64,000 nucleotides of DNA from an uncultured bacterium. Lineage in GTDB: Bacteria; Armatimonadota; UBA5829. Location of the stretch: positions 36,268-100,267 of the forward strand of contig CALJES010000001.1 of assembly GCA_938074205.1 (NCBI GenBank), given 5' to 3'. The position numbers and the translations under genes were made by a program. Numbering within the stretch: position 1 is the stretch's first letter; each line of letters begins with the position of its first letter. The notes under the pieces were generated by a model. The model was given only the letters and a program-made list of their open reading frames with translations. It was not told the DNA's origin and did not search any database. Below, piece by piece: positions 37,700 through 46,418 of the stretch.

Positions 37700-37933
37700 C
37701 TACCCGATCATCTGTTTCAGCTCCTCCAGGCTCGGCACTCGACCAGCCACCTTGACCTGACCGTCAACTGCCAGCGCAGGTGTCATCATGACGCCAAAAG
37801 ACATAATTTTCGATATGTCGGTCACTTTTTCGATTTCATAATCAATCCCAAGAGACTTAGCCGCCTCCTCAGCCAACTGAGCAAGCTTTTGACATTTGGG
37901 ACATCCTGTGCCCAGTATTTGCAGTTTCTTCAT
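37700..37933 (-). CDS. small thioredoxin-like protein (redox-active disulfide protein 2 type)
   Basis: 77 aa. MKKLQILGTGCPKCQ CxxC start, typical partner of DUF318/ArsP-like permeases. Confidence 0.85.
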   Translation of the reverse strand: MKKLQILGTGCPKCQKLAQLAEEAAKSLGIDYEIEKVTDISKIMSFGVMMTPALAVDGQVKVAGRVPSLEELKQMIG

Positions 37934-37981
37934 AGACAGCTACCTCCTTTGATATAAAGATCTAACTCCAATGGCCATCGT

Positions 37982-39283
37982 CTAACCATATATAGATCCA
38001 AAAACCAGCCCCGCGATTGTGGAAAGCACGACGACTAACACAATAAACACCAGTGTTTTGCGCAATCCCATAACCTTGCCGATAACGAGCATACTTGGAA
38101 GCGACAAAGCTGGTCCAGCCAATAGCAATGCTAAAGCCGGTCCTTTACCCATGCCGCTTCCCAGCAAACCCTGAACGATAGGAACTTCGGTTAGAGTGGC
38201 GAAATACATAAGCGCACCAGCTACCGAGGCAAACAAGTTAGATGTGAGCGAGTTGCCTCCCACAGCCGCGCTCACCCACTGCGATGGTATTAGACCCTCG
38301 CGGCCCGGTCTGCCTAGCATTGCCCCAGAAACTAGCACGCCAACTAACAAAAGCGGGAGTATCTGCTTAGCGAATCCCCAAGTAGATGCGAACCACTCTC
38401 CTGCCTCACCTTTATCAGTACTGGTTATTATCGACAAGCCAACGATTGCCACCGTAAAGGGCACTAAGGGATAAGAGCGGACTATCAAGGCAACGAGAGC
38501 TGTCGCAACACCAGCTAACAGAACCTTCCACCAGTCTACGGAGTACCAAATCACCAGCACGAAACCAAACACGATTGCTGTCAAGCTGGTTAACCACCAT
38601 TTCGCGGAATATATCGCGTAAAACACACCAGTATGCTGAACAGGTTTACCCCAATTGGCAAAGACTAGAACCGCTATCATAGAACCGAAGTAAATAACAT
38701 TTTGCCAAAGGGGTCTTTTCACCTCCGGCTCAGGCATGTCCATCTGCGCCTCAGCTTTCTGAAGCTCCTCGTTGCGGAAGAAAAAATGCATGGCAAGCCC
38801 AATTATTAAGCTGAATGATACTGCCAAAACAGCTCTTGCAATACCTATCTCTGGTCCTAGTATACGAGCCGTGAGAATAATAGCCAACACGTTTATGGCA
38901 GGTCCGGAATACAAGAACGCACACGCCGGTCCCAATCCGGCGCCCATGCGATAAATGCCCGCAAAGAGCGGCAAAACTGTACACGAACACACTGCAAGAA
39001 CCGAACCTGATACTGACGCTACTCCATAGGCGAGAGTCTTTTTTGCCCGTGCTCCTAGATATTTCATAACCGACGCTTGGCTCACAAAAACAGCAATGGC
39101 ACCAGCTATGAAAAACGCAGGTACTAAACACAAGATTACGTGTTCGCGGGCGTACCACCGCACAAGATGAAGAGATTCTCTGATCGCATTGTCGAATCTG
39201 GGGTTGCCTACTGGCAGGTAGTAGCAAGCCAAGAATACGAGAATGATTAGGAGCAACTTACGCCATTCGTTTTTCCAACTCAT
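37982..39283 (-). CDS. DUF318/ArsP-like permease
   Basis: Polytopic membrane protein with the conserved CSC motif (SVLAVCSCTVLPLF). Sits directly after arsR. Confidence 0.75.
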   Translation of the reverse strand: MSWKNEWRKLLLIILVFLACYYLPVGNPRFDNAIRESLHLVRWYAREHVILCLVPAFFIAGAIAVFVSQASVMKYLGARAKKTLAYGVASVSGSVLAVCSCTVLPLFAGIYRMGAGLGPACAFLYSGPAINVLAIILTARILGPEIGIARAVLAVSFSLIIGLAMHFFFRNEELQKAEAQMDMPEPEVKRPLWQNVIYFGSMIAVLVFANWGKPVQHTGVFYAIYSAKWWLTSLTAIVFGFVLVIWYSVDWWKVLLAGVATALVALIVRSYPLVPFTVAIVGLSIITSTDKGEAGEWFASTWGFAKQILPLLLVGVLVSGAMLGRPGREGLIPSQWVSAAVGGNSLTSNLFASVAGALMYFATLTEVPIVQGLLGSGMGKGPALALLLAGPALSLPSMLVIGKVMGLRKTLVFIVLVVVLSTIAGLVFGSIYG

Positions 39284-39410
39284 TGCGTATGCTCCTTACC
39301 ATTTGAACCGAGTGAACTTTTTAAAGTGGGTGAAATGTGGCCATTTGGCAAAATCGTCAAGATTGGTCCTCCTTTTCATACCCCATTGTCGTTAATTGGA
39401 AAACCTAAAT

Positions 39411-39731
39411 CTACTCCGCCAGCGCCAATTGCTCTTCAGCCGTCGCGCGCAGCACGGACTCGACACAGTCGGAAAATTCGAGGATGCAAGGGCAACGTAG
39501 CGAGTAAAATACTTGGGAACCTTCCTTGCGGTCCTGAACTATGCCCACACTCTTTAAGAGCGCAAGGTGCTTAGAAACCGTAGAAACATCGGCGCCGACC
39601 ATCTGTGTAAGCTCACAAACGCACCTCTCGCCGCGAGATAACTCAGAAACAAGGAACAGACGCGTCGGGTGAGCCATCGCCTTGATTATGCGCACCCGTG
39701 CTTCATATTTGGCCCGGGTTCTCTCGTCCAC
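39411..39731 (-). CDS. arsR: ArsR/SmtB-family metalloregulator
   Basis: Winged HTH with CVC metalloid site (ELSRGERCVCELTQMVG) and HPTRLFLVSEL. Confidence 0.9.
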   Translation of the reverse strand: MDERTRAKYEARVRIIKAMAHPTRLFLVSELSRGERCVCELTQMVGADVSTVSKHLALLKSVGIVQDRKEGSQVFYSLRCPCILEFSDCVESVLRATAEEQLALAE

Positions 39732-39751
39732 TGTCTATCCTCCAAATGAAT

Positions 39752-39791
39752 CAGCATTTGCAATTATAGCCAAATCGCCAAATGCTGTCAA
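39752..39791 (-). promoter_or_regulatory. consensus sigma70 promoter overlapped by a 9-bp inverted repeat (candidate ArsR operator)
   Basis: On the minus strand: TTGACA (39791..39786), 17-nt spacer, TATAAT (39768..39763). The perfect inverted repeat CAGCATTTG (39752..60) / CAAATGCTG (39779..87) brackets the -10 and overlaps the -35. It lies 21 nt upstream of the arsR ATG. Confidence 0.6.
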
Positions 39792-39969
39792 TACTAATTG
39801 TAAGAAATCCGATGCACTACCCAGGGCACAATCTGGAAGCGCGGGGATCTAGTTTCATATTCCGCTTCTTATATGCGCTAGAAAATGCAAAAAATTTGAT
39901 GGGAGGCTTGACTCGGCTTGTTAAGCGTGCTACTATTACTGAAAAAGTAGCACCAACGGAGGTATTGTT

Positions 39970-41325
39970 ATGGTGAGAAGGGAGCGACAAATTATTATTT
40001 TGATTTTGGCAGTGTTTTTGTTTGCAGCAGGCTGCTCCACTGCGGACACGATCTGGGACTACGAAGCAGTAAATTCCATAGGACGAGGGATCCATCCCAA
40101 AGTTAACGCCGATGCAAGCGATCCGGCAAACCGAGTGACTGTGGAAGGGGTAGTAATCGGCGGATCCCACGAGATCCTCAACCCTGGCCCTCCGGCAGGC
40201 ATGGGAATTCAATATACGCTTTTCATCCAGGACGACACTAGCGATCGGGGCGGTATCCAGGTATGGGCCGGTTCGTGGTTCTACGGAGATCCTATGTGGA
40301 CTGACCTAAGACAGACGGATTATATCGATGTTCAGCCCGGTGACAGAGTACGAGTTACTGGCTTCCTTTCGGACGCTGGGAGAGGTAAAGTCGTAATAAA
40401 CCACAGACACTCAAATAACCCTGATTTAGTTTTCCACGTGGAGATTCTCGGACATCCGGGAATGCCGGACCCTGTGCTTATCAACTCAGTCTCGGAGTGC
40501 AACTACTTTGACGAAACTCGATCTGGCGGCGGAGAATTCTACCAAACGCGCTGGGTGATGCTTCACGGTGTATTGTTAGGCCCAGGGAACTGGGTAAACA
40601 ACTCCCTACTTACAATCTCAGACACGACTGGGGCCGTTGGCTTGCTGTTATCAGCTAGGGGAAACTTCACTGGTAACCCAAAGCCAGACTTCCCCATAAG
40701 CGTCGTAGGAATATTCGACCAAGAAGACACTACTTCCCCACATACTGAAGGTTATCGGATTTGGGTAAAGAAACAAGAAGACGTAGCACGAGCTATCAAC
40801 CACTGCCGCGAAGTTAGACTTTGTTCGGCAGGCGAAATGTCGGCTTTAGTAGGTAAGGTTGTCTCTCGTGTGTATCCCGGCTTTTTCTACGTGCAGGATG
40901 AGACGCGCACAGGCGGAGTTAGAATTGATAGTTCTAAGATTGTCAGCCCCGGCGATCGGATCTGCGTTCACGGGCAGGTTAGTAACATAAATAACGAGAA
41001 GACTCTGAACCCCCGTTATCTAATAATCCAGAACAGTGGCGGAGCCCCGAAGCCAATCGGCGTCACCAGCCGAGAACTCTGGTGCAGCAGTGGTTTGGAT
41101 GTATACGGCCTATTGGTAAGGTGTGTTTGTGTAGTAAAAGAGTATCAAGGCAACGGCTCCTACTTACTGACCGACGACGCTGGAAGAACCATCAAAGCTC
41201 AGACTTATGGGTTTGACTTGCCAGAGAATGGAACCAGAGTAGCTGTGAACGCGGTGGTCGCTCAATCAGAAGGCGTTCCCATGCTACTAATTGCTTCAGC
41301 TTCTGACGTGGAGGTCATAAACTAG
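39970..41325 (+). CDS. secreted lipoprotein with repeated OB-like domains (intact paralog of the C-terminal part of the 12544..14363 pseudogene)
   Basis: Lipobox FAAGC. It shares FFYVQDETRTGGVRI with FYIE*STRTAGIKV in the pseudogene. It also shares YGLLVRCVCVV...LLTDDAG with IGLLVRC*GKV...YIDDGS. Confidence 0.7.
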   Translation: MVRRERQIIILILAVFLFAAGCSTADTIWDYEAVNSIGRGIHPKVNADASDPANRVTVEGVVIGGSHEILNPGPPAGMGIQYTLFIQDDTSDRGGIQVWAGSWFYGDPMWTDLRQTDYIDVQPGDRVRVTGFLSDAGRGKVVINHRHSNNPDLVFHVEILGHPGMPDPVLINSVSECNYFDETRSGGGEFYQTRWVMLHGVLLGPGNWVNNSLLTISDTTGAVGLLLSARGNFTGNPKPDFPISVVGIFDQEDTTSPHTEGYRIWVKKQEDVARAINHCREVRLCSAGEMSALVGKVVSRVYPGFFYVQDETRTGGVRIDSSKIVSPGDRICVHGQVSNINNEKTLNPRYLIIQNSGGAPKPIGVTSRELWCSSGLDVYGLLVRCVCVVKEYQGNGSYLLTDDAGRTIKAQTYGFDLPENGTRVAVNAVVAQSEGVPMLLIASASDVEVIN

Positions 41326-41329
41326 ATAA

Positions 41330-42013
41330 ATGAAATCAGGGCAAAACTCGCCGCAGTCCTCCGAGCGAGGGTTCACACTAATTGAACTATTGGCTGTGAT
41401 CGCCATTATTGCGCTGCTGGCGGCCGTGCTCACGCCAGTATATATCAGTGCCAAGCTCAAAGCGAAGATTTCAAGGGTCCACTCGGATTTACGACAGGTT
41501 GGAATCGCAATCGAAGCCTATAAAGAGGACTGCGGCGGTTTGCCGCCTGTGCGAGAGTCGTGTGCTGAAAATTCGGCTATAGACTATTTCGAGATGCCTC
41601 GCGAGCTCTATAAAATGCGGTATATTTCCGCGCACAGGCTCCTCGACCCGTTCAACACTGTTCGAGATGAAAATGGGATAGACCAGGGCCGAATGTACAA
41701 ATATAACGCCATAGGCTGGGGATATTCCAACAACAGTAAGACGACGTTTGCTATGTGGATACCGATCGACTACCCGATTAGCGAAAAACAGTGCGCACTC
41801 TATTATCTCAGTAGGGGACAGATTTATCGCTATCCTGAAAAGAAACCATGCGATGCGCCAATCCGATGGGCAGTATGGAGCGTAGGTCCTGCCGGAGATC
41901 CTGGTTGGCAGCAAGCTGGATACCGAAAGCTCCCGGTTCCCAAGAGTGAATGGTACCCCTACAATCCTAAAGGGATCATAGTTCGACTTAGCGATGGAAG
42001 GAGTTCCCCATAG
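41330..42013 (+). CDS. prepilin-type N-terminal cleavage/methylation domain protein (pseudopilin-like)
   Basis: RGFTLIELLAVIAIIALLAAVLTP. Starts 4 nt after the lipoprotein gene. Confidence 0.85.
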   Translation: MKSGQNSPQSSERGFTLIELLAVIAIIALLAAVLTPVYISAKLKAKISRVHSDLRQVGIAIEAYKEDCGGLPPVRESCAENSAIDYFEMPRELYKMRYISAHRLLDPFNTVRDENGIDQGRMYKYNAIGWGYSNNSKTTFAMWIPIDYPISEKQCALYYLSRGQIYRYPEKKPCDAPIRWAVWSVGPAGDPGWQQAGYRKLPVPKSEWYPYNPKGIIVRLSDGRSSP

Positions 42014-42014
42014 C

Positions 42015-42554
42015 ATGAACTACTCTGCGCGAGATATTTCTATAGGAGGGTTATTCGGCGCGTTGGGGGTTGCCATTCCAATGCTTTTCCACGCCGTTGG
42101 GTTAGGGAAGGCGTTTTTGCCAATGCATCTGCCGATTCTCGTGTGCGGCTTTCTGGTTTCACTACCAGCTGCATTTGCGGTCGGCGTAGTAACCCCTATA
42201 GCGTCCTCGGCTCTTACCGGAATGCCACCACTTATTCCCACCGCACTGCTGATGACATTGGAGCTTGCCGCGTTGGCTGTAACTGCAGGTATATGCTATC
42301 GTGTTCTTCGGCTGCCAACAGTAGTATCAGTGATACTAGCATTGATATCGGCCAGGGTAGTAGGTGCCCTAGAACTATTAGCCTTGGCTCCTTTGATGAA
42401 CCTGAAAGCCTGTTTGACAATGTATCTTACGCAATCTGTTTTAATGAGCCTACCGGGGTTGGTATTGCAGCTTATAGCAGCACCGCTGGTCATTGCGGCA
42501 ATAAACCGCGCCACACATTCACATGGCCCACTTGCAGGGAAGGAGACAACATGA
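42015..42554 (+). CDS. ECF-transporter substrate-capture (S) component-like membrane protein
   Basis: ~180 aa with six hydrophobic helices. Followed by EcfT and EcfA genes. ATG 42015 is 1 nt after the upstream TAG. Confidence 0.55.
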   Translation: MNYSARDISIGGLFGALGVAIPMLFHAVGLGKAFLPMHLPILVCGFLVSLPAAFAVGVVTPIASSALTGMPPLIPTALLMTLELAALAVTAGICYRVLRLPTVVSVILALISARVVGALELLALAPLMNLKACLTMYLTQSVLMSLPGLVLQLIAAPLVIAAINRATHSHGPLAGKETT

Positions 42555-42979
42555 AAGAATTCACAGATCTTGAATTTGCCAAGTCATATCATGGGCATTT
42601 AGGCCCATTTTTGATAATAGGAATAAAAATGGGAAACAGAGCAATTCGGGAACTACGGCCTGAAAGTTGCTTTCGACTCGAAGCGCATGTTTACTGTCCA
42701 GACTCGCCCCCTCCCTCATGTGTAATCGACGGCATACAACTCTCAACCGGCTGCACAATGGGCAAGAGGAACATCAGCCACACGGTAACACCTGGAGAAG
42801 TAAGAGTAGTAGTGACTAACAAGGATACTGGCCGCTCAGTCGAACTCAGTCTTAAACAAGAATTCAAGTACCAAGCCGAACAGGTGCTCAAAGACGCCGA
42901 CGAGGAAGAAGCATCGAAGTTTTGCTGGAATGCGACCGATGACGAAATCTTCACAACACGCAGTCTGAGCATATGCTAA
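42551..42979 (+). CDS. FmdE-like domain protein
   Basis: FAKSYHGHLGPFLIIGIKMG and SCVIDGIQLSTGCTMGKRN blocks typical of the FmdE/FwdE family. ATGA overlap with the S component. Long ORF 42143..42979 trimmed to ATG 42551 behind AGGAGA. Confidence 0.65.
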   Translation: MKEFTDLEFAKSYHGHLGPFLIIGIKMGNRAIRELRPESCFRLEAHVYCPDSPPPSCVIDGIQLSTGCTMGKRNISHTVTPGEVRVVVTNKDTGRSVELSLKQEFKYQAEQVLKDADEEEASKFCWNATDDEIFTTRSLSIC

Positions 42980-43668
42980 GATCTGCGATTACAAAATCGC
43001 ATCCGCACGTTCGAGTGTATTGCGCATTACTTTTGGCAGGATCGGCTGCAGCCTGGTCTTCACCGTACCGTCTCGCAGCAATCGGCGCGATTGCCTTGCT
43101 TTCGGCAACAGCCTGTGGAGCAAGAGCACGCAAGCTGGCTTTAGGCATAGTGCCAACCGCATCACTGATATTGGGCGTTTTAGCGCTTGCACTTGTGTCC
43201 AGAATGTCCTTTTCTGAGATAAAGATTTTACCGATAGCCATTTTTGCAGCCAGGTGCTGGATTGCTTACACAGTGGCTGCTGGGCTGTCCGCAAGCACTC
43301 ACTACGCTGACGCCATCGCTGCCTTGGAGCGACTTCATGTGCCAACAATTTTCACATCAGTCGCGTACGGTATTTGCAGATGGTTTGAGGTGGTGCGAGA
43401 TGAGGCGATAAACGCTAACATGGCGCGCATTCTTAGAGGAGGCCACTTAAAGAAACGACTCGAACAGATAAAAGATATTGCGACTATATCTGCAGCAGTC
43501 ATGGCCCGCTCCTACCTGCGAGCGGAACGCGTGGCGACCGCGATGGAGTGCAGGGGATTCAGGGGTCAACTGATGCGACTGACCAGCGAGCCGATGCGCA
43601 CGCATGACCTATTCTTGCTGTCTACTTGTGCAATTATTCTTCTGACGCTCTGGCTAGTCCTGCCGTGA
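42973..43668 (+). CDS. energy-coupling factor transporter transmembrane (T) component, CbiQ/EcfT-like
   Basis: Five to six TM helices. Arg-rich coupling segment (ARSYLRAERVATAMECRGF). 7-nt overlap with the FmdE-like gene. Confidence 0.65.
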   Translation: MLRSAITKSHPHVRVYCALLLAGSAAAWSSPYRLAAIGAIALLSATACGARARKLALGIVPTASLILGVLALALVSRMSFSEIKILPIAIFAARCWIAYTVAAGLSASTHYADAIAALERLHVPTIFTSVAYGICRWFEVVRDEAINANMARILRGGHLKKRLEQIKDIATISAAVMARSYLRAERVATAMECRGFRGQLMRLTSEPMRTHDLFLLSTCAIILLTLWLVLP

Positions 43669-44381
43669 CTCCCACTCATTCACTTTCCGTCGAGGTTACT
43701 AACCTGAGTGTGCGATATCCGGACGGCCGTTTGGCGCTGCAGGATATATCGTTCTGCATTGGAGCGGGAGAGTCTGTGGCAATTCTTGGAGCGAATGGAG
43801 CAGGCAAAAGCACGCTCTTGCTTGCACTCGTCGGCGTTATCCCCGCTCAAGGAGTCGTCCGTTTCGGTGACCTGGTGCTATCTCCTGCCACACTTCAAGA
43901 CGTGCGGCGATGTGTGCAGTTGGTTTTCCAAAACCCGGATGACCAACTCTTTATGCCGCTTGTGCGCGACGATGTAGCTTTTGGACCGCTTAGCTTTGGA
44001 ATCCCAGTCCAAGACGTGCCCGCGATTGTAGGTGAAGTTCTCGAATCTGTAGGTCTAGACGGATTCGAGAATCGAAACCCACACAGTTTGAGCCTTGGAG
44101 AAAAAAAGCGAGTCGCGATAGCAGCGGTGCTCGCGTGCAAACCCCAGGTAATCCTACTTGACGAGCCTTCTGCCGGTTTAGACGCGCCGGGCAGACGTCA
44201 GCTTGTGGAGGTCTTGCGCTCAATGGAAGCGACGAAACTCATAGCAACCCACGACCTGGAATTCGCCCGGGTGGTATGCAGTCACGCTGTCATTCTTCAG
44301 TCTGGTAGAGTACGCGCTGAAGGCCCAATTGAGTGCCTGCTTTCTGACGAGGTGATGCTCTACGAGTGCGGCCTGTGCTAA
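43665..44381 (+). CDS. ECF/ABC transporter ATP-binding protein (CbiO/EcfA-like)
   Basis: Walker A GANGAGKST, signature LSLGEKKRVAIA, Walker B ILLDEP. GTG 43665 overlaps the EcfT TGA (GTGA). Confidence 0.85.
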   Translation: MTPTHSLSVEVTNLSVRYPDGRLALQDISFCIGAGESVAILGANGAGKSTLLLALVGVIPAQGVVRFGDLVLSPATLQDVRRCVQLVFQNPDDQLFMPLVRDDVAFGPLSFGIPVQDVPAIVGEVLESVGLDGFENRNPHSLSLGEKKRVAIAAVLACKPQVILLDEPSAGLDAPGRRQLVEVLRSMEATKLIATHDLEFARVVCSHAVILQSGRVRAEGPIECLLSDEVMLYECGLC

Positions 44382-44394
44382 CGCCGACATCGTG

Positions 44395-46215
44395 TTATGC
44401 CCGTTCGAGGTTGGATCGTAAATCCTTGAGACGACACAAAGCAGATTCTATAGCGACAGCTTCAGAATCAACAGCCTCGGCCTGCTCGCGTCTTTTTGTA
44501 TAGGCTGCCTCTATGGCCCCGCGAGTAGCCCGGGCTGCCTCATTGTACTGGTTCTCAATCTGCTGACCAAACTTTCTAAACGTCTCTTCTAAGTTTTGGA
44601 GAGAGGGCCAACGGACATTCTCGACGTTTTGACCGACGATCGAATCTATCTCGTGTTCAAGTCTGCGCAGCGCCCGTGCTTTCCGAACGCGCGCAGGCAG
44701 AAGACTGTCGAAAAAACCGGCCGGCAATAGGCTCAGTGTGCAAGACCACTCATGCGTTACCCAGTAAGGCCGGTGTCTTACGTCAACCCATTCGCTTTCT
44801 GCGCTGGGTGGGTATTCCACTTCAAACAACTCCGCCGCGGTACTGTATATGCTTTCTACCAAGTCATTGGCTTGTTTCTTGTGCCTGGAGAAGACCTCAC
44901 TCGTTCTGTTCTTCAAATCACGAGAAAGACGGGCAAGCTCGCGATCAAACAGTTTAGGCACCTCTTCCGCCGCCAAATTTCGGAGGGACACTTCATCCAA
45001 TTCACGTTGCTGACTGGCTGCGGCCTCTATCAAAGTCTTTCTAAGTACTGTCCGAGCCTCTTTTCGGAGCCGCGAAGCCTGCTCTTCTAAAAACGCTCTC
45101 GCACGCTTGCGGTCTCCTTCGAGCATGTCGAGCTGCGCAACGCATCGTTCTCTCAGCTCAGCCAGTTTTTCGCCTAGTATCTGCAACCTCCGTTCGAGAT
45201 CCTCTGTAGGCAGACGTAGCGTCTTGAGAGAAAACTCCAGCTGCATTATCGCTTCCGATATAACGCGCGCAGCTTTGCGGGCAACAGCAGTTTCAAGCGA
45301 CTTACGCTTTTCCTTTGAAAGGAACTCAATAAGCTCACTCTCGATTCGCTCCATCCCGCTGCGCGCCCATTTGGCTAAATCACCCTCAATTCTCGCTTCC
45401 ATAGCCACTCTGGCTGAGACGCAGAATATAGGCTGCTGACCAACCCTTTCCGCGTGGTCTTTGAGGGCCCTTTTTACGAAAGACACAGCCTGCTCTAATT
45501 CGCCTTCGGTAATATAGTCAATCTTGTTTACAACAAGGAATACACGGGTCGTTGCGTCAACGACCCTATTTAGGAAATCAATCTCAATTTCTGTTACTGG
45601 GGGCTCCGGAGACGTAACAAACAACGCAGCATCACATTGAGACAAAAAATCTAACGTGGTTTGAGTGTTGTGTTTGTATGTTGAGCCTATTCCGGGAGTA
45701 TCAATAAGCACTACGCCCATCTGCAACAACGTTGAAGGGTAATTCACCCACACCTCTTGGATGCCACGATAATTGTTGGGATTGTGCTCTTCAGTGACGT
45801 AATCCTCAAGAAATCTACGAAGCTCGTCGGCAGTTACATTTTCGACTCTCTCGCCAACTTCGCCAGATTTGAGCATCACAGTTGCGGATGCAGTCGAGCC
45901 GTATTCCAGGAATGTAGGTATTGCAGTGAGTGGAATAATGGATGTTGGCAGTATATCCGCACCTAGAAGTGCATTAAGTACAGTGCTCTTGCCTCGCTTG
46001 AACTGCCCCAAAACAGCAAGATGGAAACGCTCTTCTTCGAGTCGATCCAACAGCACCTGCAACTCGTTAGGAAAAGGCCAGTAATCGGTGCCAAACCTCT
46101 GTAGAACTCTCAACGCTTCCTTAATAATAGAAGCTACCGTCAGTTCGGCTTTATCGCAGTCAGCTGTCGTTGCAAGACTCGAAGGATATTCACTATTCTC
46201 AGCATACCCAATCAT
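44395..46215 (-). CDS. bacterial dynamin-like GTPase
   Basis: G1 GQFKRGKST, G3 DTPGIGS, G4 NKID, followed by ~350 aa of heptad-rich helical stalk. Apparently monocistronic. Confidence 0.8.
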   Translation of the reverse strand: MIGYAENSEYPSSLATTADCDKAELTVASIIKEALRVLQRFGTDYWPFPNELQVLLDRLEEERFHLAVLGQFKRGKSTVLNALLGADILPTSIIPLTAIPTFLEYGSTASATVMLKSGEVGERVENVTADELRRFLEDYVTEEHNPNNYRGIQEVWVNYPSTLLQMGVVLIDTPGIGSTYKHNTQTTLDFLSQCDAALFVTSPEPPVTEIEIDFLNRVVDATTRVFLVVNKIDYITEGELEQAVSFVKRALKDHAERVGQQPIFCVSARVAMEARIEGDLAKWARSGMERIESELIEFLSKEKRKSLETAVARKAARVISEAIMQLEFSLKTLRLPTEDLERRLQILGEKLAELRERCVAQLDMLEGDRKRARAFLEEQASRLRKEARTVLRKTLIEAAASQQRELDEVSLRNLAAEEVPKLFDRELARLSRDLKNRTSEVFSRHKKQANDLVESIYSTAAELFEVEYPPSAESEWVDVRHRPYWVTHEWSCTLSLLPAGFFDSLLPARVRKARALRRLEHEIDSIVGQNVENVRWPSLQNLEETFRKFGQQIENQYNEAARATRGAIEAAYTKRREQAEAVDSEAVAIESALCRLKDLRSNLERA

Positions 46216-46418
46216 TATGTCGTCCCCCTACTTCGACGGTTAGGAACCCTAACACAGACAAAAGAAAAACCCCCGCCGGCCGCTTGTCCGAGCAGGAGTC
46301 ATCAGTCTTTCAGACGGTTTTGGGGGACTCCATCCCCGTCTGTGTGTTCGTATATATTATACCTTACTCCGCTGCAAATTGGAAAGACTCAATGAGATGG
46401 CGTACCATACTAAGGGCT

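Noticed and set aside
42143-42550. Upstream part of ORF 42143..42979 (278 aa)
   Set aside because: It overlaps the six-helix membrane protein gene in another frame. The FmdE-like homology begins only at ATG 42551, which has an AGGAGA ribosome-binding site and an ATGA junction.
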